From an uncultured virus (IMG/VR IMGVR_UViG_3300032220_002272) (lineage: Duplodnaviria > Heunggongvirae > Uroviricota > Caudoviricetes): a stretch of DNA of 20,000 nucleotides. Made by a program: the position numbers and the translations under genes. How positions within the stretch are numbered: the stretch's first letter is position 1; every line of letters starts with the position of its first letter. The DNA is taken from the IMG/VR virus record IMGVR_UViG_3300032220_002272. The stretch is one strand, 5' to 3'. The notes under the pieces are model-generated. The model was not told the origin of the DNA. It worked only from the letters and a program-made list of their open reading frames with translations, and searched no databases. Shown here one piece after another: positions 1-6,846 of the stretch.

Positions 1-10
1 TCGTCCAGTC

Positions 11-523
11 TCAGCGGACGCCCGCGGTGGGTGCGCGCAGCGTTTGACCCGTCATCCGCGGGCCAGCCCCGGCTTTGTCGAGCATAGTCGAAACCGCATG
101 TTCGACCGCCGCCGCCGGCGCATCCCCGTCGAACGACAGATGGTCGCCGATGCGATCCCGTTCGGCGAATGGACGGACGGTGACGGTCGTGCCACCCGGC
201 CCGCATTGCACCTCGACCCAATCCCCCTTGGTATGTTCGACACCAGCCGGCCAGTCTGGGCCAGGTCGCGCATAGACGGCGATGACAGCGCGCTTTGGCT
301 GCATGTCGTCGGCAAACTGAGGCTCGATCACGAGGACGACACCGGCGGACGCCAACTCGGCGGCGGCGCGCTCCAGTGCGGGCATCACCCGTTCCTGCAA
401 CTGATCGATAAACGGGCGCAGGATGGTCAGGCCGTTGCGCCGGTCACGCTCTGCGGCGGCGGCGGTGTTGAGGTCGAGGCGGATAGCCCCGGCGCGCGCG
501 ATCAGGGCGGCGAGATAGGTCAT
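11..523 (-). CDS. Hypothetical protein (170 aa)
   Basis: Protein-like composition, SD-like GGAG upstream of ATG, co-oriented with neighbours. Confidence 0.75.
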   Translation of the reverse strand: MTYLAALIARAGAIRLDLNTAAAAERDRRNGLTILRPFIDQLQERVMPALERAAAELASAGVVLVIEPQFADDMQPKRAVIAVYARPGPDWPAGVEHTKGDWVEVQCGPGGTTVTVRPFAERDRIGDHLSFDGDAPAAAVEHAVSTMLDKAGAGPRMTGQTLRAPTAGVR

Positions 524-545
524 AGGTATCTCCGTTTCCGGTCAA

Positions 546-1247
546 TCAGGAGGCGAGCGCAGCACGCAAAGCGTCGACCGCTTCGGGGTGGCGATCCCGC
601 ACGCCGCCGCCGCCGCGCTCCGCCACCAGCAGATAAACGCGCTCGTTGCCGGGTCCGACGAGCGACAGCGAGCTCTCCGGCGCGATGCGGCGTTGCAAGC
701 CATTGACGATGCCGCCCGGCCCGTCCGCCAGCCGCAGAAGGGAAAGCTCCTGCATAGGGGTGAGCACCTCGCGGGTCAGAACCTCCCAGCGCGTCAGCAA
801 TTCGGCGGCCAGGCCGTCATACGCCCCCCGCACGAACGCCTCCCATGCGTGCGCGCGATCGACCTGCCCCGCGGCGATGTCCGCTTCCAGCCCCGCGATC
901 TCGCCCTCGACCGCCGTCAGGGCCTGATGGAAAGCAGCCTGTACGGCGGCGGCGGCGTGATCCTGAACCGCCGCCGCCGCACGGCTATCGCGAAGCTGCG
1001 CCGTCGTGCTCGCGTCGATTGCCGTCGCCGGATCGGCAGCGAGGCGCGCAGCCAGATCGTCGGTTGCCGCGTCGGGTGCTGTCGACACAGCGCTTTCGCC
1101 TGCGATCCGCGCCGTAAGGGCATCGCGTCGGGCGCGCGCGCCGTCGAGGCGATCCGTGAAAGTCGCCAGGGCGGTATCGAGCTTGCGTACATCGGCGTCG
1201 AGCGCGGCAATGCGCTGACGCTCCGCCGTGTTGGTGAAGGGCGTCAT
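546..1247 (-). CDS. Hypothetical coiled-coil protein (233 aa)
   Basis: Start reassigned to ATG at 1247 (AAGGA SD upstream). Ala/Leu-rich heptad pattern (IAALDADVRKLDTALATFTDRLDGARARRDALTARIA). Confidence 0.75.
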   Translation of the reverse strand: MTPFTNTAERQRIAALDADVRKLDTALATFTDRLDGARARRDALTARIAGESAVSTAPDAATDDLAARLAADPATAIDASTTAQLRDSRAAAAVQDHAAAAVQAAFHQALTAVEGEIAGLEADIAAGQVDRAHAWEAFVRGAYDGLAAELLTRWEVLTREVLTPMQELSLLRLADGPGGIVNGLQRRIAPESSLSLVGPGNERVYLLVAERGGGGVRDRHPEAVDALRAALAS

Positions 1248-1413
1248 GGTGAATCCTTGTAATGGTGGGAGGCTGCCGGCGGACTGACATCGCCGGCTTG
1301 GGTCACGCCAGGCGATGGCGTGCCGGGTGGGGATGAGAAAGGCGACCAAGCCAGCGCGGTCCCCTGCCCGGTGCTATCCGCGCTTCGCTTCTCGGTAAGC
1401 GGTCACAGGCTGA

Positions 1414-1638
1414 TTACCGCGCCAGCGCCTTGCCGGCCTTGGCGAGCAGGCCAGCCCACCCATGGTCCGGCGCGGCGGCGGCGCGCTCGGCGGGCGCGGC
1501 GTTTTTCAGCGGTGCGCCGGCCTTCGCGAAGGCGCCTCCCCAGCCGTTCTTTGCGTCGGCGCGGTGAGCGGCGCCCCAATCGCGCAGGCCCGCGGTGGCC
1601 GCGGGCGTTCCGAAGTGCGAGAAATCGTGTTTCGGCAT
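1414..1638 (-). CDS. Hypothetical protein with repeated GW-x-x-x-x-AKAG motifs (74 aa)
   Basis: ATG at 1638 preceded by GAGGA; sequence MPKHDFSHFG...GWGGAFAKAG...GWAGLLAKAGKALAR. Confidence 0.65.
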   Translation of the reverse strand: MPKHDFSHFGTPAATAGLRDWGAAHRADAKNGWGGAFAKAGAPLKNAAPAERAAAAPDHGWAGLLAKAGKALAR

Positions 1639-1673
1639 GTGTCGTCCTCGCTGGCGTATTGAAGCGAACCCGA

Positions 1674-2009
1674 TCACCGCGGCCAGCGACGCGGGGGCGG
1701 GATCAGGTGCGCGAACGGAGACGATGGCGTGGGAGGTGGCGCGTCTGCATCGCCGCGAAGGTGCGCGAAAGGGCCTGACGGCGGTGGGACCGCTGCGCCG
1801 GGGCGAAGGTGTCCGAAGGTCCCGACCGGCGGGGCGTCGCGCTTGACCAGGTGCCATACCTGCCATGGCAGGCGCCTGCGGTCCGTCCTCCGCTTCGGCT
1901 CCGGCTGCTCTGCGTTCGCAAGCACGGGCGACGGCGCGGCGGCCGGTGCCTGCCCCTTCATTGTGCGGAACGCGGCCATGAGCATTTCGAAGGGGGAACG
2001 GCTCGCCAT
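1674..2009 (-). CDS. Hypothetical Pro-rich protein with three F(A/G)HL repeats (111 aa)
   Basis: TGATG coupling with the upstream gene; repeats TFGHLR / PFAHLR / PFAHLI. Confidence 0.6.
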   Translation of the reverse strand: MASRSPFEMLMAAFRTMKGQAPAAAPSPVLANAEQPEPKRRTDRRRLPWQVWHLVKRDAPPVGTFGHLRPGAAVPPPSGPFAHLRGDADAPPPTPSSPFAHLIPPPRRWPR

Positions 2010-2266
2010 CAGGACGCGTCCGCTGCTCGGCCCGCCCGGCGGAGGACGATCATATTGCGGCCGGACAGCTCATGAAGGGCGCGGCGCGTTACGTCGACCG
2101 GTAGGCCGGACGCAGCGGCGGCGGCGGCATCCGTGCCTCCATAGACGCCGGCAGGATCGACCATGCCACGGATCGCTCGCAGGACGGTGCGGGCGTTCAA
2201 CGACACATCGAACCCGCCAGGGCGCGACGCGGAGCGCGAACGCTGCGCGATCGTGCCGCGCTTCAC
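2009..2266 (-). CDS. Hypothetical protein, possible winged-HTH (85 aa)
   Basis: GTG start overlapping the upstream stop (GTGA); AAAASGLPVDVTRRALHELSGRNMI resembles a wHTH recognition helix and wing. Confidence 0.55.
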   Translation of the reverse strand: MKRGTIAQRSRSASRPGGFDVSLNARTVLRAIRGMVDPAGVYGGTDAAAAAASGLPVDVTRRALHELSGRNMIVLRRAGRAADAS

Positions 2267-2490
2267 TTCGCTTCCCCAGCCGATGAGCGCGCCGCCGCAG
2301 CTTCCTGGGCAGCGAAATGCTTCGCCAGCGTCGACCGCCGGGCGCAGACTGTCTTGCCCATCTTGAAGGTCGGAAGACCGCCGTTGCCGTGAAGGTGATA
2401 CACCTGCTTGGCGGTCAGATTGAGATGTTCGGCGATCGCGTTGACCCCATGAAGGAGGTCCGTTGTCGATGCGCCCTGTGCGTCGCTCAT
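2263..2490 (-). CDS. Excisionase-like HTH DNA-binding protein (75 aa)
   Basis: DLLHGVNAIAEHLNLTAKQVYHLHGNGGLPTFKMGKTVCARRSTL matches the MerR/Xis-like HTH pattern; GGAG SD upstream. Confidence 0.8.
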   Translation of the reverse strand: MSDAQGASTTDLLHGVNAIAEHLNLTAKQVYHLHGNGGLPTFKMGKTVCARRSTLAKHFAAQEAAAARSSAGEAK

Positions 2491-2586
2491 GCGTCACTCC
2501 ATGCGTTATTGAGGTGCCGGCCGATCTCGAAAAATGGCGGAAAACCGCCATTTATGCCGGCAGATGTCGGGAACACGCCTGACGTG

Positions 2587-2610
2587 AAAAAGGGGCGCCG
2601 TAGCGCCCCT
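2587..2610 (-). terminator. Intrinsic terminator between the truncated late gene and the xis-like gene
   Basis: Minus strand AGGGGCGC-TACG-GCGCCCCT followed by TTTT: perfect 8-bp GC-rich stem plus U-tract. Confidence 0.75.
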
Positions 2611-2642
2611 AAACTGTTGGAAAACTGCCGTTTTCTACCCTC

Positions 2643-2924
2643 TCAGCGTGAGAGGATACACAAGTATTCGGCCTGCACGTCTTTGAATGCCACGGTCGCC
2701 ACAGGCCGCGACTTGGTCGCCACTACGATGCGCGTCGCCTTCTGCGTAAAGGGCGTCGGCGTGTCGAACGTGTCGTTGATCTCGTCCTGCTCGACTGCGG
2801 CGACGCCGCGAGCGAGGTCGTTCAGCGCCAGCGACATCGCGAACGGGACCTGCTGCGCGCCTAGCGCGATCATCGCCCGGTGCAGTGGTTTGAGGTCAGC
2901 CTTAATGCTGATCCCGACGGGCAT
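2643..2924 (-). pseudogene. 5' part of a phage late-region protein (HK97 gp10/minor-tail-like), apparently truncated after ...KDVQAEYL
   Basis: QVPFAMSLALNDLA...FDTPTPFTQKA is typical of ~200-aa phage morphogenesis proteins (recalled, not searched). Here it stops at 93 aa with an atypical CILSR tail running into a palindrome. Confidence 0.6.
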
Positions 2925-3106
2925 CAGGCCCGACTGCGGCCGCGCACCGCGGCGCGCGCCTCGGCGGCGATCCGCTCAACGTTCGCGATGCGATCCTCGG
3001 CGCGGCCGTGGCTTTCGACATCAGTCTCGAAGTCAAACGCGGCGCTGTGCAGCTCGCCGGCCAAGCGCTCGAGGATCATCGCAGTGGTAGCGACAGGCTG
3101 GGGCAT
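2924..3106 (-). CDS. Hypothetical protein (~60 aa), first gene after the antiterminator
   Basis: GGGAGG SD upstream; TGATG coupling to the next gene. Confidence 0.7.
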   Translation of the reverse strand: MPQPVATTAMILERLAGELHSAAFDFETDVESHGRAEDRIANVERIAAEARAAVRGRSRA

Positions 3107-3241
3107 CAACGCCTCCCAACTTCCGAAACTTCGGTAGCCTTCGGACTTCCGCCGGCGCGGGCCGGGGAATGAGGTGGCGGGCGCGATTGGCTCATTGGCC
3201 AGCCTTCAAACCCGCGAGACTGCTTACGGCAGTGGCGCCCA

Positions 3242-3820
3242 TCAGCTGGGCTGGCGTTCCTGTACCTGATCCGTTCGCAAATGCATAGAGGCGATCTTGA
3301 AGTCGAACGGGCCGCCGAACGTCACGACTGTCCATGCGCCATCGGATTGCACCACTTCCCCGGTAAGACCGCGAAAGTGATTGCTTTCGACCCGCACCTG
3401 CTGCCCCGCGGCGAAGAGCGGCGCCCCTGCGCCGGTCGATCGCCGCGCCTTTCCACGCAGCTCCTCGGTGCGGAGGCGCTCGACCTCCGAATTCCATACC
3501 CGGACCACCTTCCCCAGGTGGTGGAAGATCGAAAACGCGGGGTAAGGTGAGACCGGCAGACGTAGGACGATTTGGAGATCATCGAGCCGATTGGCGCGAG
3601 CGAAAACGAACGTCGGCATAAGCGCGACCTCGACCTCGGTGGTCTTCGTCTTGCCCCGCAGCGCGCGACGTTTCTGCATGCGCGTCGGCGTCCAAACATC
3701 ATAGCCCGCTGCGCGCAACGCCTCGGCGAGGATCAACGTCCGCGGCGCAGCGGTGCGCAGCACAATCCATCGATCCGCATCACGCGCGGCGCCCGCCGCC
3801 TCAATCCTCTGGTGCATCAT
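3242..3820 (-). CDS. NusG/RfaH-family transcription antitermination protein (phage late antiterminator)
   Basis: NGN-domain motifs WIVLRT...GYDVWTP...ALMPTFVFA and a KOW-like FAAGQQVRVESNHFRGLTGEVV; located in the lambda Q position. Confidence 0.85.
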   Translation of the reverse strand: MMHQRIEAAGAARDADRWIVLRTAAPRTLILAEALRAAGYDVWTPTRMQKRRALRGKTKTTEVEVALMPTFVFARANRLDDLQIVLRLPVSPYPAFSIFHHLGKVVRVWNSEVERLRTEELRGKARRSTGAGAPLFAAGQQVRVESNHFRGLTGEVVQSDGAWTVVTFGGPFDFKIASMHLRTDQVQERQPS

Positions 3821-3914
3821 CCGCTATTCCCCGCATGCGATCACCGCGGGGACGGCTATCGCGTCACCTATGTGACGCGGGCCACGGCGGCGGAATAGTT
3901 GCCATTCCGTTCCG

Positions 3915-4199
3915 CTATGCGGCCAAAGGGGCAACGACCTGCCATCCCCGTCGCTGGAGCAGCGCAACGGCCGCCTCGACGTCACCCGGCACCGCCAGCC
4001 CATCGGCATGCCGCACCAACCGCCCGGCTGTGACGAGGCGCGCCACCGCGCGGCTGACGGCCGTCTTCGACCCCGCCCCCACCTCGAGCATGATCTCCCG
4101 AAGGCTGGGGCCGCGGTCGTATGTGAGCCGGAAGGCACGTACGAACGACACGATCTTGACGTCGATCCGAACGGCGCGCGGGATCGTCTGTTCGTTCAC
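3915..4199 (-). CDS. LexA DNA-binding-domain-like winged-HTH protein (94 aa)
   Basis: GTG start overlapping the upstream stop; GPSLREIMLEVGAGSKTAVSRAVARLVTAGRL matches the LexA N-terminal pattern; no peptidase domain. Confidence 0.75.
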   Translation of the reverse strand: MNEQTIPRAVRIDVKIVSFVRAFRLTYDRGPSLREIMLEVGAGSKTAVSRAVARLVTAGRLVRHADGLAVPGDVEAAVALLQRRGWQVVAPLAA

Positions 4200-4852
4200 G
4201 CCGCCTCCTGATGCCGACCCTCGAACGACATGGCGGCGGCGACCTGCTCCTCGGTCAGGAAGCCGGCACGAAGGCCCATGCGCCGTAGGTCGACCGTCAT
4301 GGCCCGTATGCTCTCGGCGGAGATCTCGACATCCGCCGGCGGCGGGAGGGCGGCGACCGGCGGGTTGAGCGCCCGATCGATCTCCGCGCGATGTCGCTGC
4401 ATGGCGGCTTCCCGCTCCTCCCGCTCGATGATCAGCTCCAGTGCGATACTGCGCAGCGTCGTCTCGATCTCTCCGATGAAGCGGAACGGGCAATGGATTG
4501 CCCGCTTGGCGGCAGTCAGCGAGATCATCGCCGGCAGATCGGCGAGCGCGTCCACCATGGCCTCGCGCCACGCCTGGGTATCCGCCGGCTTGGCGGTGGG
4601 GAGCACCTTGGCCGCCAGCCGCCGCAGGCGCTCGTCGATGGCATCGCCCCACTGCTTCCGGCCCTCGCTATCCTTGGGCACAGGCCGGAGATCATGAGCG
4701 ATTTTCGCGAGGGCCGCGTCGATGCACGCCGGGGCGTCAGCGCCGAGCCGCGTAGCGAGGGTCGTCGTCGTCGAGGGATGCAGGCTCAACGCCCGCCATG
4801 CCTGGTCGCGGAGCCCATCCACTAGCCCCCCGGTCGTCAGCCCGTTTTCCAC
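4196..4852 (-). CDS. Putative replication accessory protein (helicase loader/inhibitor-like, lambda P position)
   Basis: Follows the initiator gene; W...DALADLP...A..A.....F..EI pattern as in phage replication partners. Start uncertain because of a 116-nt overlap. Confidence 0.6.
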   Translation of the reverse strand: MENGLTTGGLVDGLRDQAWRALSLHPSTTTTLATRLGADAPACIDAALAKIAHDLRPVPKDSEGRKQWGDAIDERLRRLAAKVLPTAKPADTQAWREAMVDALADLPAMISLTAAKRAIHCPFRFIGEIETTLRSIALELIIEREEREAAMQRHRAEIDRALNPPVAALPPPADVEISAESIRAMTVDLRRMGLRAGFLTEEQVAAAMSFEGRHQEAA

Positions 4853-5633
4853 TGCGAAGCACTCCCTCGATGTAGCTGATGGGCTCGATGGCCCCTTCCC
4901 TCTGCGCCTTGCCCAGCGCGACGATCACCGCCTCTGGTCCGTGGCCGCCCTTCCACTTGCCGAGCAGCTTGCCCGCCTTCGGATCGACGATGCCGTGGCT
5001 GGCCAGGAACGCCTTGCCCTGATCCCACATGACCTTTTCCGGATCGATCGGCGGCGCTGCGGCGCCCGATCCGATAGGATCGGAATTAGAATCTCTCTGT
5101 CCCTGTCCCTCTCCCTGTCTCTTGGAGACTTCGTCCCCAAGGACACGCGCCGCTGCCCCTGGGGACAGGTGCGGGACAGAGGCGGGGAAATGCTGGGACA
5201 GGAAGGTGACGAAGTCCGGCGCGGCCACGTCTGTCTCGTGCCGCTGGTTATGCTTCTTCACCCGCGCGCATTCGGCGCGGTGACGCTGTTCGACCTTGCT
5301 GCGCCAGGCGGCCAGCACCTGCTCGGCGACCACTGGATGGTAGAGCCGGCCGTCCGCAGCCTCGACCCACCCGCGCAGCGCATCGGCGCGATGCTTGCGG
5401 AACGTCTTCAGGTCGCGCCCCAGCCCGCATAGGCGCGCCAGCACCGCATCCGCCGCCGGCAAAGACCCGGCCGGCAGCTGATGCCACGCCGCTGACCAGA
5501 GCAGCACGGCGTACCAGCACGCCTCCGGGTGGCTCTCCGCGGCGAGGTCGCTGTCGCGCAGCCGTGCAACATGCAGCGGCATGAACGGGAAGTCCTGCAG
5601 GTCCGCATCGGCGGGTGTCAGCGGCGCGGTCAT
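4737..5633 (-). CDS. DUF1376/YdaU-family phage replication initiator-like protein
   Basis: DLQDFPFMPLHVARLRDSDL...LWSAAWHQLPAGSLP...DGRLYHPVVAE; low-complexity linker containing ori-like repeats. Confidence 0.8.
   Translation of the reverse strand: MTAPLTPADADLQDFPFMPLHVARLRDSDLAAESHPEACWYAVLLWSAAWHQLPAGSLPAADAVLARLCGLGRDLKTFRKHRADALRGWVEAADGRLYHPVVAEQVLAAWRSKVEQRHRAECARVKKHNQRHETDVAAPDFVTFLSQHFPASVPHLSPGAAARVLGDEVSKRQGEGQGQRDSNSDPIGSGAAAPPIDPEKVMWDQGKAFLASHGIVDPKAGKLLGKWKGGHGPEAVIVALGKAQREGAIEPISYIEGVLRSGKRADDRGASGWAPRPGMAGVEPASLDDDDPRYAARR
5066..5200. repeat. Candidate replication origin: TGTCCC/GGGACA repeats plus palindrome
   Basis: TGTCCC at 5098 and 5104; GGGACA at 5162, 5173 and 5195; palindrome CCGATCC-GATA-GGATCGG at 5066-5083 next to a short AT-rich patch, all within the initiator linker. 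Confidence 0.5.
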
Positions 5634-5998
5634 GCGCGATCCTTTGCGGGGGGTGAGATGCGGACGATCACGGCGCCGCCGGTGACGGGCGCGCCGCGCG
5701 ACATGCTGAGTTCGAACAGGCTGTCGTCGATGCCGATCGCGGCGCTAACCGCGTCGAGGCCGGCTTTGATCGCGGCGAGCATGTTGTCGATGTCGCGGCG
5801 CTGCGCGTCAGGCGGGTGGAAGACGACCGTCACCGCCGCCGCCGTGTAGTCCACCGGACGAAGTCCGGCCGCCTTGCACGCCCAGCCGCAATCGGTCTTG
5901 TAGCGCTTGGCCGCCTTGGCGCGCTTGCTCCAGTGGAGGCGGCGCGCCTGGTTCGGGTTCAGCGATGGCGCGGGCCATGGGAGCGTGACCTCGATCAT
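5630..5998 (-). CDS. rusA: RusA-family Holliday junction resolvase
   Basis: IEVTLPWPAPSLNPN...FHPPDAQRRDIDNMLAAIKAGLDAV...IDDS. Start at ATG 5998 overlapping the upstream stop. Confidence 0.85.
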   Translation of the reverse strand: MIEVTLPWPAPSLNPNQARRLHWSKRAKAAKRYKTDCGWACKAAGLRPVDYTAAAVTVVFHPPDAQRRDIDNMLAAIKAGLDAVSAAIGIDDSLFELSMSRGAPVTGGAVIVRISPPAKDRA

Positions 5999-6846
5999 AC
6001 GCCACACATCCCCTCGCATTCGAGGTCGAAGCCGAGTTGCCGGTCATCGCCGCCGATTGGCGCCTCAGACAGCGGCAGCATGGACGGATGCATGAATTCT
6101 TGCCCGCGCATCTTGCCGCCATCCCCGAGGCGCATCTGGCGATCGACTTCACATGCGTCTGCCCATTCGGCGGGGGAGTTGTCCCGCATGTCGCGCCACA
6201 TCGCATTCGTGTGAAAGGGGCAGCCGATACAGGAGGACTTGGGGGCCGTTTCCTGCCGTTCCGCCATCCACCGGATGCAGTCCGCGCGAGACATGCCCGC
6301 CTCGATCAAAGGCCACCGATTCACCTGCCACTGCACGCGGCTGGGCTTCATGCGCGCGATCTCGTCCATGGAGATGCCGACCCACATCTCGACCGCGCCG
6401 GGCTTGATCCTAGCGCGGGGCCCTACGCCGAGCAGCTCGCGTAATTTTCGGCTGATGGGCTGGAGCTTGTACTCCTTGGTGCATTGGCGACGGCCCATAC
6501 CCTTCGTGCCGTCGGGATTGAGGACGAACCAGGGCACCGCCGCGTATCGGCCGCCTATCGTCGTGCGCCGCGCGATAACGTCCTCCCGTATGTTGCCGGC
6601 AGACACGACATGGACAGGGAAAGGCAGGCGATCGCGGAGGCGAGCCAGATGTTCGCGCACCGCCCGGGGTTCCCAACCTGTATCGGCGAATATGGCGCAG
6701 TCCGGCATCGGGCCGACGTCGCCCCGCGCCGCCGCCAGTGCGAGCGTGGTCGACTGTACGCCCGCCCCCAAGGACAGCACCCGCTTCTGGGGAGCGGGAA
6801 GCGGTGCCGACAATGTCGGCCACTCGTTCGGCCACTGATAGGTCAC
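5995..6846 (-). CDS. PAPS-reductase-like (adenine nucleotide alpha hydrolase/PP-loop) protein (283 aa)
   Basis: VLSLGAGVQST, AIFADTGWE, RQCTKEYKLQPI, KSSCIGCPFH and C-terminal CEGMCGV. GTG start overlaps the MTase stop. Confidence 0.8.
   Translation of the reverse strand: MTYQWPNEWPTLSAPLPAPQKRVLSLGAGVQSTTLALAAARGDVGPMPDCAIFADTGWEPRAVREHLARLRDRLPFPVHVVSAGNIREDVIARRTTIGGRYAAVPWFVLNPDGTKGMGRRQCTKEYKLQPISRKLRELLGVGPRARIKPGAVEMWVGISMDEIARMKPSRVQWQVNRWPLIEAGMSRADCIRWMAERQETAPKSSCIGCPFHTNAMWRDMRDNSPAEWADACEVDRQMRLGDGGKMRGQEFMHPSMLPLSEAPIGGDDRQLGFDLECEGMCGV

Larger units (their letters stand above)
1..2660 (-). mobile_element. Putative phage satellite-like element inserted into a prophage late gene (extends beyond left edge)
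   Basis: Abrupt end of a phage late-type gene at ~2660, then a hairpin/terminator cluster, an excisionase-like HTH gene and small hypothetical genes instead of terminase/portal/capsid genes. Confidence 0.55.
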
